Assembly (NCBI RefSeq): GCF_050920415.1
Contig: NZ_CP169309.1
Direction: 5' to 3' (one strand)
Length of the DNA: 64,000 nt
DNA from: Escherichia coli
Lineage (GTDB): Bacteria; Pseudomonadota; Gammaproteobacteria; Enterobacterales; Enterobacteriaceae
Shown here piece by piece: positions 12,631 to 23,034 of the stretch. The position numbers and the translations under genes are program-made. Positions within the stretch are counted from its first letter, which is position 1, and each line of letters begins with the position of its first letter. The notes under the pieces were generated by a model, which made no database searches, had not been told where the DNA came from, and was given only the letters and a program-made list of their open reading frames with translations.

Positions 12631-14550
12631 TCATACCCGGCGCTTAAACTGCCCTGCATCAATGCCATGTTGCTTCATTTTCCGCCACAGCGTAGTGCGG
12701 CCGATTCCAAGTAAAGCCGACATTTCCTGAATGCGACCGCCTGTGACCTGGGCTGCGTTAATAATTGCCTCTTTTTCAACTTCCGCAAATGACAGACTGG
12801 TGGAAAGGCGAGTGGCGCTGACATCATCTGTCGCCTGCTCGGTAAACAGATGTTCAGGTAAATCACTGACGCGAATGCGCCCGTTATCACTACTCAGAGC
12901 AAGATTCTCGATGACGCTGTAAAGTTCAAAATCGTTGCCTGGCCATGCACAAGAAACCAGGCGAGCGAGGGCATCGTCATCAATTTTCAGACGCGTAGAG
13001 AAGCGTTTTTCAAGACTGCGTAATTTGTTATTCACCAGCGCCGGAATGCTGCCACGCCGCATACGCAGAGGCGGGATGGTAATTTCAAATGCATGCAGCG
13101 CGTAATACAGCTGGCGACTAAAGCGATTTTGTTCCACCAGCATTGCCAGGTCCGCGGTCGTTGTGGCAATCACTTTGACATCAATTGGTATTAAACGCCG
13201 CGCATCCAGTCGCGTGATAACACCCTGCTTGATAACCTGAAGCAAAGCAGACTGTAACTCCACCGCCAGATATTCAATCTTTTCAAGAAACAGCGTGCCG
13301 CCGTGCGCCAGTTCCAGTCGACTCAGACGACCATTTTCATTGTCCGTGCGATCGCCGCCAATAAATTCTTCCGCCAGCGCCGCATCACCATATAACTCAC
13401 AATTGACGGCGATATAAGGCCCCGCTGCACGCTCACTTTCATTATGAATTGCCTGACTTAGCAGTGCCTTGCCCACGCCCTCTTCTCCACAAAGCAGGAC
13501 AGGAAAGCTACTGCGCGCCGCCTGGCGACCAAAATGAATCAAGCGGCGGGTTTGCGGATCGTCCTGTGGCATATGAGCGAAAGTATGGCTGACTTTTCCT
13601 AATTGACTGGTCATTAACTGCCGCATCTGTTCCACAGGATGGAGCAACAAAATAAAGCTGGTTCCCTGCGTTTCTATTATCGGTTTAAGGGTTATCACCG
13701 CATCAATAAACTGGTGCTGACTTTCAAAGGTTGCTTCTACGTGTTTGAGCGGATGTGCCTGTTTTATTGCTTGTTGCAATACGGCGGGTAACGTTAAGAG
13801 TTCAGTGATCGCCCTTCCCTGACTTGCCGTCGCGTCAAGGCGCAAGGCCCGCGCCGCCTGGGCATTGATAAATTGCAAATTACCCTGCTCGTCCCAGCTA
13901 ATCACGCCATCATCCATACTTTCTAACAGGGCATTAAGTTGATTTAAATGACGGTTAGTTTCAGCGAGCAAACTGTCCGTCAGCAGTAAATTTCCGACCT
14001 CGCGTGCGATTGCCAACGTCAACGGCAAATCAGCTGCGGTAGTTTGCTCAACCGGACACGCCAGCGCTATTGTTCCCGTCAATCGGCCCTTGCTGTCAAA
14101 CAACGGTGTTGCACAAAAGGCCCAGTTCCAGAGTGCCTGTTTGAAATGTTGATCGGCCATCGTTTTCACGGCCTGACCAGAGATAGCCGCTAACGATAGC
14201 GCACAGGTACCAATAATTCCCTCTGCGCAATACGTGCCGTCATTGAATCCCAGGACACTAAGCTGGTGCAGCGTTTGTGGATCACCAAAACGACTAAGGA
14301 TGCAGGCGGTTTCATCAAGGATGAACAGTCCGCACGCCCGCGATTCCATATATTCCCAGGCATCTTCCAGCGCAGCCTGCCCGAGCGTCAGCATCGCTTT
14401 CTTACGCCGATAGATAGTAGCAAATGTCACGCCCTGGGCCTGGTGCGGTACGCTCCATGTCTCCCGTTTCATCAGTTTATTGCATCGCTCCCAGGAGGCT
14501 GCAATTAAGGGAGATATGCCCCGTTCATCGTTGTTAAAAGCGCCACTCAT
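12631..14550 (-). CDS. dhaR: Sigma-54-type transcriptional activator of the dha operon, DhaR
   Basis: ORF 12631..14631; start trimmed to the ATG at 14550 (MSGAFNNDERGISPL...), giving 639 aa; AAA+ motif (GEEGVGK) and C-terminal HTH. Confidence 0.88.
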   Translation of the reverse strand: MSGAFNNDERGISPLIAASWERCNKLMKRETWSVPHQAQGVTFATIYRRKKAMLTLGQAALEDAWEYMESRACGLFILDETACILSRFGDPQTLHQLSVLGFNDGTYCAEGIIGTCALSLAAISGQAVKTMADQHFKQALWNWAFCATPLFDSKGRLTGTIALACPVEQTTAADLPLTLAIAREVGNLLLTDSLLAETNRHLNQLNALLESMDDGVISWDEQGNLQFINAQAARALRLDATASQGRAITELLTLPAVLQQAIKQAHPLKHVEATFESQHQFIDAVITLKPIIETQGTSFILLLHPVEQMRQLMTSQLGKVSHTFAHMPQDDPQTRRLIHFGRQAARSSFPVLLCGEEGVGKALLSQAIHNESERAAGPYIAVNCELYGDAALAEEFIGGDRTDNENGRLSRLELAHGGTLFLEKIEYLAVELQSALLQVIKQGVITRLDARRLIPIDVKVIATTTADLAMLVEQNRFSRQLYYALHAFEITIPPLRMRRGSIPALVNNKLRSLEKRFSTRLKIDDDALARLVSCAWPGNDFELYSVIENLALSSDNGRIRVSDLPEHLFTEQATDDVSATRLSTSLSFAEVEKEAIINAAQVTGGRIQEMSALLGIGRTTLWRKMKQHGIDAGQFKRRV

Positions 14551-14615
14551 ATCCCGCATCCTTTGTGACAAAAGGTGTTCCGGCTCGCAATTTTTAGTAT
14601 TAAAACGCGTAAAAG

Positions 14616-14660
14616 TTTCAATATGGAACATTCATTAAAACATATGTTTCACCATGAAAC
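14616..14660. promoter_or_regulatory. Inverted-repeat candidate operator motifs in the divergent dhaR-dhaK intergenic region
   Basis: Perfect palindrome aaacatatgttt (14638-14649) overlapping gtttca-N3-tgaaac (14646-14660), plus related gtttca-ata-tggaac (14616-14630); role assigned by position only. Confidence 0.35.
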
Positions 14661-14777
14661 ATAATTTGGGCTAATTTTCTTTTCCCTTACCTGATGCACA
14701 ATGGATTTATCGGCAGTCAGTGGTCGCCGTGTCGTTGAACATCATCCATGCCCTACCGTAATTGCTGGAGCAAGATA

Positions 14778-15848
14778 ATGAAAAAATTGATCAATGATGT
14801 GCAAGACGTTCTGGACGAACAACTGGCGGGTCTGGCGAAAGCACATTCATCGCTGACACTGCATCAGGATCCGGTGTATGTCACCCGAGCTGATGCCCCC
14901 GTTGCAGGAAAAGTCGCCCTGCTGTCGGGCGGCGGCAGCGGACACGAACCGATGCACTGCGGTTATATCGGTCAGGGGATGCTTTCGGGGGCCTGTCCGG
15001 GCGAAATATTCACCTCACCGACGCCCGATAAAATTTTTGAATGCGCCATGCAAGTTGATGGCGGCGAAGGTGTACTGCTGATTATCAAAAATTACACCGG
15101 CGATATTCTTAACTTTGAAACAGCAACAGAATTACTGCACGATAGCGGCGTAAAAGTGACCACCGTGGTCATTGATGACGACGTTGCAGTAAAAGACAGT
15201 CTTTATACCGCTGGGCGGCGCGGCGTTGCCAACACCGTATTAATCGAAAAACTCGTAGGCGCAGCGGCAGAACGTGGCGACTCGCTGGAGGCTTGTGCAC
15301 AACTGGGGCGTAAGTTGAACAATCAGGGCCATTCTATTGGTATCGCCCTCAATGCCTGTACCGTTCCTGCCGCGGGAAAACCTTCTTTTACGCTGGCAGA
15401 TAATGAGATGGAGTTTGGCGTCGGCATTCATGGTGAGCCGGGTATTGACCGCCGCCCCTTCTCCTCCCTTGACCAAACCGTCGATGAAATGTTCGACACC
15501 CTGCTGGAAAATGGCACATACCACCGCACGCTCCGCTTCTGGGATTATCGACAAGGTAGCTGGCAGGAAGAGACGCAAACTAAACAACCGCTTCAGTCTG
15601 GCGATCGAGTAATTGCACTCGTCAACAATCTTGGTGCAACTCCGCTTTCTGAACTGTATGGCGTCTATAACCGCCTGGCCACGCGTTGCCAGCAAGCGGG
15701 CTTGACTATCGAGCGCAATTTAATCGGCGCGTATTGTACCTCACTGGACATGACCGGTTTTTCCATCACCTTACTGAAAGTTGATGACGAAACGCTGGCG
15801 TTATGGGACGCCCCGGTCCACACCCCGGCGCTTAACTGGGGTAAATAA
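14778..15848 (+). CDS. dhaK: PTS-dependent dihydroxyacetone kinase, DHA-binding subunit DhaK
   Basis: ORF 14748..15848; start trimmed to MKKLINDVQDV... at 14778, giving 356 aa. Confidence 0.9.
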   Translation: MKKLINDVQDVLDEQLAGLAKAHSSLTLHQDPVYVTRADAPVAGKVALLSGGGSGHEPMHCGYIGQGMLSGACPGEIFTSPTPDKIFECAMQVDGGEGVLLIIKNYTGDILNFETATELLHDSGVKVTTVVIDDDVAVKDSLYTAGRRGVANTVLIEKLVGAAAERGDSLEACAQLGRKLNNQGHSIGIALNACTVPAAGKPSFTLADNEMEFGVGIHGEPGIDRRPFSSLDQTVDEMFDTLLENGTYHRTLRFWDYRQGSWQEETQTKQPLQSGDRVIALVNNLGATPLSELYGVYNRLATRCQQAGLTIERNLIGAYCTSLDMTGFSITLLKVDDETLALWDAPVHTPALNWGK

Positions 15849-15858
15849 GGAGATAACC

Positions 15859-16491
15859 ATGTCACTGAGCAGAACTCAAATTGTTAACTGGCTCACTCGC
15901 TGTGGAGAAATTTTCAGCAAAGAGAGCGAGTATCTTACCGGACTGGATCGCGAAATTGGCGACGCTGACCACGGGCTAAATATGAACCGTGGCTTTAGCA
16001 AGGTGGTAGAAAAACTCCCTGCTATCGCAGATAAAGATATCGGTTTCATTCTCAAGAATACCGGCATGACGCTGCTTTCCAGCGTCGGTGGTGCCAGTGG
16101 TCCGCTGTTCGGTACTTTCTTTATCCGCGCCGCACAGGCGACACAGGCACGGCAAAGCCTGACGCTGGAAGAACTGTATCAGATGTTCCGCGATGGTGTA
16201 GACGGCGTAATCAGCCGCGGGAAAGCCGAACCTGGCGATAAAACTATGTGTGATGTCTGGGTGCCGGTGGTGGAATCGTTACGTCAGTCCAGCGAGCAAA
16301 ATCTCTCTGTTCCGGTGGCGCTCGAAGCCGCCAGTAGCGTCGCTGAATCCGCTGCACAAAGTACGATTACGATGCAAGCCCGCAAAGGCCGCGCCAGTTA
16401 TCTCGGTGAACGCAGTATTGGTCACCAGGATCCCGGCGCGACCTCCGTGATGTTTATGATGCAAATGCTGGCGTTAGCCGCAAAAGAGTAA
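15859..16491 (+). CDS. dhaL: Dihydroxyacetone kinase ADP-binding subunit DhaL
   Basis: ORF 15781..16491; start trimmed to MSLSRTQIVNWL... at 15859 (RBS aggaga upstream), giving 210 aa. Confidence 0.9.
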   Translation: MSLSRTQIVNWLTRCGEIFSKESEYLTGLDREIGDADHGLNMNRGFSKVVEKLPAIADKDIGFILKNTGMTLLSSVGGASGPLFGTFFIRAAQATQARQSLTLEELYQMFRDGVDGVISRGKAEPGDKTMCDVWVPVVESLRQSSEQNLSVPVALEAASSVAESAAQSTITMQARKGRASYLGERSIGHQDPGATSVMFMMQMLALAAKE

Positions 16492-16501
16492 GGAAATGGT
16501 G

Positions 16502-17920
16502 ATGGTAAACCTGGTCATAGTTTCACATAGCGCCCGACTGGGAGAAGGTGTCGGTGAATTAGCCCGTCAGATGTTAATGAGTGATAGCTGTAAAATCGCC
16601 ATTGCCGCGGGAATTGACGATCCCCAAAATCCCATTGGTACCGATGCCGTCAAAGTGATGGAGGCCATCGAGTCCGTTGCCGATGCCGACCATGTGCTGG
16701 TGATGATGGATATGGGTAGCGCATTATTGAGTGCTGAAACTGCACTGGAGTTGCTGGCCCCCGAGATCGCCGCAAAAGTACGTTTGTGTGCGGCACCGTT
16801 AGTCGAAGGTACACTGGCAGCAACAGTCAGCGCGGCCTCGGGAGCAGATATCGACAAAGTTATCTATGACGCCATGCATGCGCTGGAAGCCAAACGTGAA
16901 CAACTGGGTTTACCGTCCTCCGACACCGAAATCGCTGACACATGTCCTCCGTACGATGAAGAAGCCCATTCTCTGGCCGTGGTCATTAAAAACCGTAACG
17001 GCCTTCATGTACGTCCGGCCTCCCGGCTGGTTTATACCTTATCGACATTTAATGCCGATATGTTGCTGGAGAAAAACGGTAAATGCGTCACGCCGGAGAG
17101 TATTAACCAGATCGCGCTACTACAAGTCCGCTATAACGATACGCTGCGCCTGATTGCGAAAGGGCCAGAAGCTGAAGAGGCGCTGGTTGCTTTCCGTCAG
17201 CTGGCTGAAGATAACTTTGGTGAAACGGAAGAAGTTGCTCCGCCTACTCAGCGGCCCATTCCGCCTGTTTCGGGTAAAGCCTTTTATTATCAACCAGTTT
17301 TATGTACGGTACAGGCAAAATCAACTCTGACCGTGGAAGAAGAACAAGAACGATTACGTCAGGCAATTGACTTCACGTTATTAGATCTGATGACGTTAAC
17401 AGCGAAAGCAGAAGCGAGCGGGCTTGACGATATTGCCGCAATCTTTTCTGGTCACCATACACTGTTAGATGATCCAGAACTGCTGGCGGCGGCAAACGAA
17501 TTTCTTCAGCATGAGCATTGCACAGCAGAATATGCCTGGCAGCACGTTCTTAAAGAACTAAGCCAGCAATACCAACAACTGGATGATGAATATTTACAGG
17601 CTCGCTATATCGATGTGGACGATCTTCTACATCGCACCCTAATCCACCTGACGCAAACGAAAGAAGAACTCCCGCAATTTAACTCGCCAACCATTTTACT
17701 GGCGGAGAACATTTATCCGTCTACGGTTCTGCAACTGGATCCGGCGGTTGTAAAAGGGATCTGCCTTAGCGCCGGAAGTCCGGTATCCCACAGCGCCCTA
17801 ATCGCCCACGAACTGGGGATTGGCTGGATTTGCCAGCAGGGTGAGAAACTGTATGCGATACAACCTGAAGAAACGTTAACGCTGGACGTTAAAACGCAAC
17901 GTTTCAGCCATCAGGGATAA
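16502..17920 (+). CDS. dhaM: Dihydroxyacetone kinase phosphotransferase subunit DhaM (EIIA-HPr-EI-like fusion)
   Basis: ORF 16496..17920; start at MVNLVIVSHSARLG..., about 472 aa. Confidence 0.88.
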   Translation: MVNLVIVSHSARLGEGVGELARQMLMSDSCKIAIAAGIDDPQNPIGTDAVKVMEAIESVADADHVLVMMDMGSALLSAETALELLAPEIAAKVRLCAAPLVEGTLAATVSAASGADIDKVIYDAMHALEAKREQLGLPSSDTEIADTCPPYDEEAHSLAVVIKNRNGLHVRPASRLVYTLSTFNADMLLEKNGKCVTPESINQIALLQVRYNDTLRLIAKGPEAEEALVAFRQLAEDNFGETEEVAPPTQRPIPPVSGKAFYYQPVLCTVQAKSTLTVEEEQERLRQAIDFTLLDLMTLTAKAEASGLDDIAAIFSGHHTLLDDPELLAAANEFLQHEHCTAEYAWQHVLKELSQQYQQLDDEYLQARYIDVDDLLHRTLIHLTQTKEELPQFNSPTILLAENIYPSTVLQLDPAVVKGICLSAGSPVSHSALIAHELGIGWICQQGEKLYAIQPEETLTLDVKTQRFSHQG

Positions 17921-17928
17921 ACCACCGT

Positions 17929-17957
17929 TCGGATGGCATCGTTCTGATGCCATCCGG
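17929..17957 (+). repeat. REP-like palindromic hairpin downstream of dhaM (possible terminator)
   Basis: ccggatggcatc-gttct-gatgccatccgg, a perfect 12-bp stem directly after the dhaM stop; no strong T-run. Confidence 0.5.
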
Positions 17958-18240
17958 CAATTTACTCTGCTCTGATATTTTTTAACTACCTGTTATATTT
18001 TTTACCAAATCATGATGATTTTTTCTGCGCTAATCGCAAACCAAACGTCGCTGGCTGGCTAATAAACAGACTTTATTTAATTACTCTATTTCACCCTTAT
18101 TTATCCCTTTAATCTCCTTTTCCAAAATGCCTGACAGTTCGCAGAATGAGATTTCGATCATGCAGTTAGTGCGATCCTGAACTAAGGTTTTCTGATACTT
18201 GAATACCGTTTTGTTCGGTTTCGCCCAAGGAGAATGATTG

Positions 18241-19938
18241 ATGAAAGCCACCGCCCCTCCTCGCCCGCAAAAAATAGCGTTAATTCCCGCCTGCGTTTTG
18301 TTGTGTTTCGCTGCGCTAGCGGTGCAGGCAGAAGAAACGCCAGTAACGCCACAGCCGCCTGATATTTTGTTAGGGCCGCTGTTTAACGATGTGCAAAACG
18401 CCAAACTTTTTCCGGACCAAAAGACCTTTGCTGATGCCGTGCCGAACAGCGATCCGCTAATGATCCTTGCAGATTATCGAATGCAGCAAAACCAGAGCGG
18501 CTTTGATCTGCGCCATTTCGTTAACGTCAATTTCACTCTGCCGAAAGAGGGAGAGAAATATGTTCCGCCAGAAGGGCAGTCGCTGCGCGAACATATTGAC
18601 GGACTTTGGCCTGTATTAACGCGTTCTACCGAAAACACCGAAAAATGGGATTCTCTGTTACCGCTGCCGGAACCTTATGTCGTGCCGGGCGGACGTTTTC
18701 GCGAGGTATATTACTGGGACAGTTACTTCACCATGTTAGGGCTTGCCGAAAGCGGTCACTGGGATAAAGTCGCGGATATGGTGGCCAATTTTGCTCATGA
18801 AATAGACACTTACGGGCATATTCCCAACGGCAACCGCAGTTACTATTTAAGCCGCTCGCAACCGCCATTCTTTGCCCTGATGGTAGAGTTACTGGCGCAG
18901 CATGAAGGCGATGCCGCGTTGAAGCAATACCTGCCGCAAATGCAAAAAGAATATGCTTACTGGATGGACGGTGTTGAAAACCTGCAAGCCGGACAACAGG
19001 AAAAACGCGTTGTAAAACTTCAGGATGGTACCCTTCTCAACCGCTACTGGGACGATCGCGATACGCCACGACCAGAGTCATGGGTGGAAGATATTGCCAC
19101 CGCCAAAAGCAACCCGAACCGGCCTGCCACTGAAATTTACCGCGACCTGCGCTCTGCCGCTGCGTCTGGCTGGGATTTCAGCTCGCGCTGGATGGACAAT
19201 CCGCAGCAGTTAAATACCTTACGCACCACCAGCATCGTACCGGTCGATCTGAACAGCCTGATGTTCAAAATGGAAAAAATCCTCGCCCGCGCCAGCAAAG
19301 CTGCCGGAGATAACGCGATGGCAAACCAGTACGAAACGCTGGCGAATGCCCGTCAAAAAGGGATCGAAAAATATCTGTGGAACGATCAACAAGGCTGGTA
19401 TGCCGATTACGATCTGAAAAGTCATAAAGTGCGCAATCAGTTAACCGCTGCCGCCCTGTTCCCGCTGTACGTCAATGCGGCAGCGAAAGATCGCGCCAAC
19501 AAAATGGCGACGGCGACGAAAACACATCTGCTGCAACCAGGCGGCCTGAACACCACGTCGGTGAAAAGTGGGCAACAATGGGATGCGCCAAACGGCTGGG
19601 CACCGTTGCAGTGGGTCGCGACAGAAGGATTACAAAACTACGGGCAAAAAGAGGTGGCGATGGACATTAGCTGGCACTTCCTTACCAATGTTCAGCACAC
19701 CTATGACCGGGAGAAAAAGCTGGTGGAAAAATATGATGTCAGCACCACCGGAACAGGGGGCGGCGGTGGCGAATATCCATTACAGGATGGCTTTGGCTGG
19801 ACCAATGGCGTGACGCTGAAAATGCTGGATTTGATCTGCCCGAAAGAGCAACCGTGTGACAATGTTCCGGCGACGCGTCCACTCAGTGAATCAACAACAC
19901 AGCCGCTAAAACAAAAAGAGGCGGAACCTACGCCTTAA
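18241..19938 (+). CDS. treA: Periplasmic trehalase
   Basis: 566-aa ORF (565 aa from the second Met) with signal peptide and glycoside hydrolase family 37 body; the N-terminus and extreme C-terminus differ slightly from the K-12 sequence as I remember it. Confidence 0.9.
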   Translation: MKATAPPRPQKIALIPACVLLCFAALAVQAEETPVTPQPPDILLGPLFNDVQNAKLFPDQKTFADAVPNSDPLMILADYRMQQNQSGFDLRHFVNVNFTLPKEGEKYVPPEGQSLREHIDGLWPVLTRSTENTEKWDSLLPLPEPYVVPGGRFREVYYWDSYFTMLGLAESGHWDKVADMVANFAHEIDTYGHIPNGNRSYYLSRSQPPFFALMVELLAQHEGDAALKQYLPQMQKEYAYWMDGVENLQAGQQEKRVVKLQDGTLLNRYWDDRDTPRPESWVEDIATAKSNPNRPATEIYRDLRSAAASGWDFSSRWMDNPQQLNTLRTTSIVPVDLNSLMFKMEKILARASKAAGDNAMANQYETLANARQKGIEKYLWNDQQGWYADYDLKSHKVRNQLTAAALFPLYVNAAAKDRANKMATATKTHLLQPGGLNTTSVKSGQQWDAPNGWAPLQWVATEGLQNYGQKEVAMDISWHFLTNVQHTYDREKKLVEKYDVSTTGTGGGGGEYPLQDGFGWTNGVTLKMLDLICPKEQPCDNVPATRPLSESTTQPLKQKEAEPTP

Positions 19939-19952
19939 CTTTACTGTATATC

Positions 19953-19996
19953 GAGCAATGCCATTACGTGCATAAAATTGGCATTGCTCTTTCTTC
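19953..19996 (+). terminator. Possible terminator downstream of treA
   Basis: gagcaatgcc ... ggcattgctc 10-bp stem with a long 17-nt loop, followed by tttcttc. Confidence 0.4.
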
Positions 19997-20267
19997 ATCA
20001 CGAAATACCACTCTTTCTACAGTCTATGCCTTTATTTTCTTTTATTAGGGAAGATTTTAATTTTATTTTATCAACTTATTAATCATTACACCTCTATTTA
20101 TATTTTTCCCCACTCCCCATTCTCCCTGACAATTTTCTTGTGGAACAAAGTGTTATTTAAGAAACAAGCAAATCATTCTGTCTCTTTAGACAAATTTTGA
20201 CATCAAACATGATCTTTTTCGCTATATATGTAAGTATATATCGGTTTTAATTATCAGGATATTACTT

Positions 20268-21290
20268 ATGTCACTAACCAGACGGAGGTTTACACAGATT
20301 CTTGCGTCGACATTGTTCCTGCATCATCTGCCGTCCTTTGCACAATCAGTCAAATTCTGGGCCTCACTGACGCTTCCCGAAGCCCAAAACATTACACGCA
20401 TCGTCAGCGCAGGCGCGCCCGCCGATTTACTATTGCTGGCTGTCGCGCCAGAAAAAATGGTCGGTTTTTCCTCTTTTGATTTTGCCCGTCAGGCATTAAT
20501 TCCATTGCCAGAGCACATTCGCCAGTTCCCCAGGCTGGGACGACTCGCCGGGCGCGCCAGCACACTCTCGCTGGAAGGGCTTATGGCATTACATCCCGAT
20601 TTGGTCGTTGATTGCGGCAATACGGATGAAACCTGGATCTCCCAGGCACGGCAGGTTAGCGAACAGACACAAATACCCTGGTTATTGCTTAACGGGAAAC
20701 TGGAACAATCAGCAGAACAGTTAACAACGCTTGGCAAAACGTTAGGCGAAGAGCACCGCGCCGCAGAACAAGCCAATCTCGCCAGCCGCTTCGTTGGTGA
20801 AGCTAAGGCATTCGCCACCTCACCCGCCGCTAACCTCAGCTTTTATGCTGCGCGCGGTCCTCGAGGGCTGGAAACGGGCTTACAGGGTTCGTTGCATACC
20901 GAGGCGGCGGAATTATTAGGTTTGCACAACGTCGCGCAAATAGCCGATCGCCACGGTCTGACACAGGTTTCCATGGAAAATCTCCTGCGCTGGCAGCCGG
21001 ATATTATTCTGGTTCAGGAGGCCGTTACTGCAGATTTTATTCGTCGTGATCCTCTCTGGCAGGGCGTGAAAGCGGTTGCGGAACAACGCATCTTATTTTT
21101 AAGTGGCCTGCCCTTTGGCTGGCTGGGTGCCCCGCCGGGAATCAACCGTCTTCTGGGATTACGCAGACTTCACGCCTGGCTGGATCCCGCCATCAATCGC
21201 CAGTTTAAAAGTGACATGCAGCATTACGCCCAACTGTTCTGGCATTGCCCATTAAGTGACGCTGACTATCAAAAATTGGTGGCGAGCTAA
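20268..21290 (+). CDS. Periplasmic substrate-binding protein of a metal-chelate ABC importer (FecB/BtuF/TroA-like fold)
   Basis: 340-aa ORF; N-terminus MSLTRRRFTQILASTLFLHHLPSFAQ resembles a signal peptide with a twin-arginine-like motif; first gene of a tightly packed six-gene operon. Confidence 0.7.
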   Translation: MSLTRRRFTQILASTLFLHHLPSFAQSVKFWASLTLPEAQNITRIVSAGAPADLLLLAVAPEKMVGFSSFDFARQALIPLPEHIRQFPRLGRLAGRASTLSLEGLMALHPDLVVDCGNTDETWISQARQVSEQTQIPWLLLNGKLEQSAEQLTTLGKTLGEEHRAAEQANLASRFVGEAKAFATSPAANLSFYAARGPRGLETGLQGSLHTEAAELLGLHNVAQIADRHGLTQVSMENLLRWQPDIILVQEAVTADFIRRDPLWQGVKAVAEQRILFLSGLPFGWLGAPPGINRLLGLRRLHAWLDPAINRQFKSDMQHYAQLFWHCPLSDADYQKLVAS

Positions 21291-22270
21291 TGAGAACCGT
21301 AAACGGATGTATTTTGCTGCTGGCAGCTATCAGTATCACTTTTGCCGCCGTAAGTGGGGCTTATCATCTCGATATACAGCAACTGCTGGCGCTCATTCTG
21401 CGTCAAGAAAATGTTCCTGTGCAGGAACAAATTGTCTTCTGGCAAATCCGCGTGCCGCGTATTCTTGCTGCGCTGTTTCTGGGCGCGGCGCTGGCAGGGG
21501 CCGGAACCACCTATCAGGGAATGTTCCGTAATCCCTTAGTGTCACCGGATATTTTAGGCGTCTCCGCCGGTGCCGGACTTGGTGCCTGCGCGGCAATCCT
21601 GTGGGGATTATCCATTGTTTACATCCAGCTGTACGCATTTTGCGGCGGGCTGATGGTGGTCGCGGGCGTCTGGTTGATTACGCGTCGGGTGACCCGCCAC
21701 GATCCGATCTTAACCCTGGTGCTGGTAGGCATTGCGTTAGGAACGTTGTGCGGAGCGGGGATATCGCTAATAAAAACGCTGGCCGATCCTTACACCCAGT
21801 TACCGTCAATTACCTTCTGGTTGCTGGGGGGGCTGTCCACCGTGACCTTACGCGATCTCTGCTATGCTGCACCGATCATTCTCATAGGCTCCTTGCCCCT
21901 GTTTTTTCTCCGCTGGCGCATGAATTTACTCACGCTTTCCGACGACGAAGCCCATTCGCTGGGACTGAACGTGACACGTCTGCGCTTTGGATTGATTGTC
22001 TGCGCCACACTCATCACCGCCAGCACGGTAGCAATAGCGGGCATAATTGGTTGGGTCGGCCTGGTCGTTCCGCACATTGCCCGCTTGTTGACCGGTCATA
22101 ACCATCAGCAGCTATTGCCCATGGCAATGTGTACTGGCGCGATTCTGCTCCTGCTTACCGATACGCTGGCACGCAGCATTGGAACAACAGAAATCCCACT
22201 TGGCATTCTGACCGCTTTTGTTGGTGCACCGTTTTTCCTGTTTTTGTTGTTACGCGGAGGTCGCCAGTGA
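21290..22270 (+). CDS. FecCD-family ABC permease
   Basis: 326-aa polytopic membrane ORF; start overlaps upstream stop (TAATG). Confidence 0.75.
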   Translation: MRTVNGCILLLAAISITFAAVSGAYHLDIQQLLALILRQENVPVQEQIVFWQIRVPRILAALFLGAALAGAGTTYQGMFRNPLVSPDILGVSAGAGLGACAAILWGLSIVYIQLYAFCGGLMVVAGVWLITRRVTRHDPILTLVLVGIALGTLCGAGISLIKTLADPYTQLPSITFWLLGGLSTVTLRDLCYAAPIILIGSLPLFFLRWRMNLLTLSDDEAHSLGLNVTRLRFGLIVCATLITASTVAIAGIIGWVGLVVPHIARLLTGHNHQQLLPMAMCTGAILLLLTDTLARSIGTTEIPLGILTAFVGAPFFLFLLLRGGRQ

Positions 22271-23025
22271 CTTTGCTTGCCGTCCGTCATGCGTCTCTGG
22301 GTTACTCCCGCCATCCGATGCTACGCGACGTGTCCTTCACCCTGTCGCAAGGAACAATTTGTTGTCTGTTAGGAGCCAATGGTTGCGGCAAAACCACACT
22401 CATGCGCTCCATTCTTGGCGTTATACCGTTATTAAAAGGCGAGATCTTACTGGATAGCCTCCCTGTGCAGACACTCAGCCATCGCCAGCGCGCGCAGGCT
22501 ATTGCCTGGGTGCCGCAGGCGCACGACGGCATTTTTGCTTTTAGTGTGCTGGATATGGTGTTGATGGGCCTGGCCCCCACCATAGGCGCTTTTTCCGTTC
22601 CCGGTAAGCAAGAACGCCTGAAAGCAACGGAGCAACTGGAAAAGCTGGGCATTTTGCATCTGGCGACACGACGCTGGAATACACTTAGCGGCGGTGAACG
22701 TCAGCTGGCTTTAATCGCCCGTGCACTCGTCCAGCAACCGCGCTTGTTATTACTGGATGAGCCTGCCTCCAGCCTCGATTTCGGTCATCAGATCCAACTA
22801 CTGGACACGCTGGCGCAGCTCAAAAATAACGGCATGACAATGCTAATGTCGACTCATCATCCGCTCCATGCCAACGCCATTGCCGACAGCATTATCCAGG
22901 TAGAGCCAGATGGACGAGTAACACAAGGCTTACCGACCGAACAGTTAACAACGAACAAACTGGCTGCCCTGTATCGGGTTTCTGCCGACCAGATTCATCA
23001 TCACCTCTCTGCAATTAGCCACTAA
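22267..23025 (+). CDS. ABC transporter ATP-binding protein
   Basis: Walker A GANGCGKTT, signature LSGGERQ, Walker B LLLLDEPASSLD; start placed at the GTG at 22267 overlapping the permease stop (GTGA), giving about 252 aa; the track ORF from 22129 would overlap the permease by about 140 nt. Confidence 0.75.
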   Translation: MTLLAVRHASLGYSRHPMLRDVSFTLSQGTICCLLGANGCGKTTLMRSILGVIPLLKGEILLDSLPVQTLSHRQRAQAIAWVPQAHDGIFAFSVLDMVLMGLAPTIGAFSVPGKQERLKATEQLEKLGILHLATRRWNTLSGGERQLALIARALVQQPRLLLLDEPASSLDFGHQIQLLDTLAQLKNNGMTMLMSTHHPLHANAIADSIIQVEPDGRVTQGLPTEQLTTNKLAALYRVSADQIHHHLSAISH

Positions 23026-23034
23026 GGAACAATC

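Noticed and set aside
22129-22266. Extended N-terminus (MYWRDSAPAYRYAG...) of the ABC ATPase ORF
   Set aside because: It would overlap the permease by about 140 nt and adds non-homologous sequence; the GTG at 22267 gives a typical ~252-aa ATPase with GTGA coupling.
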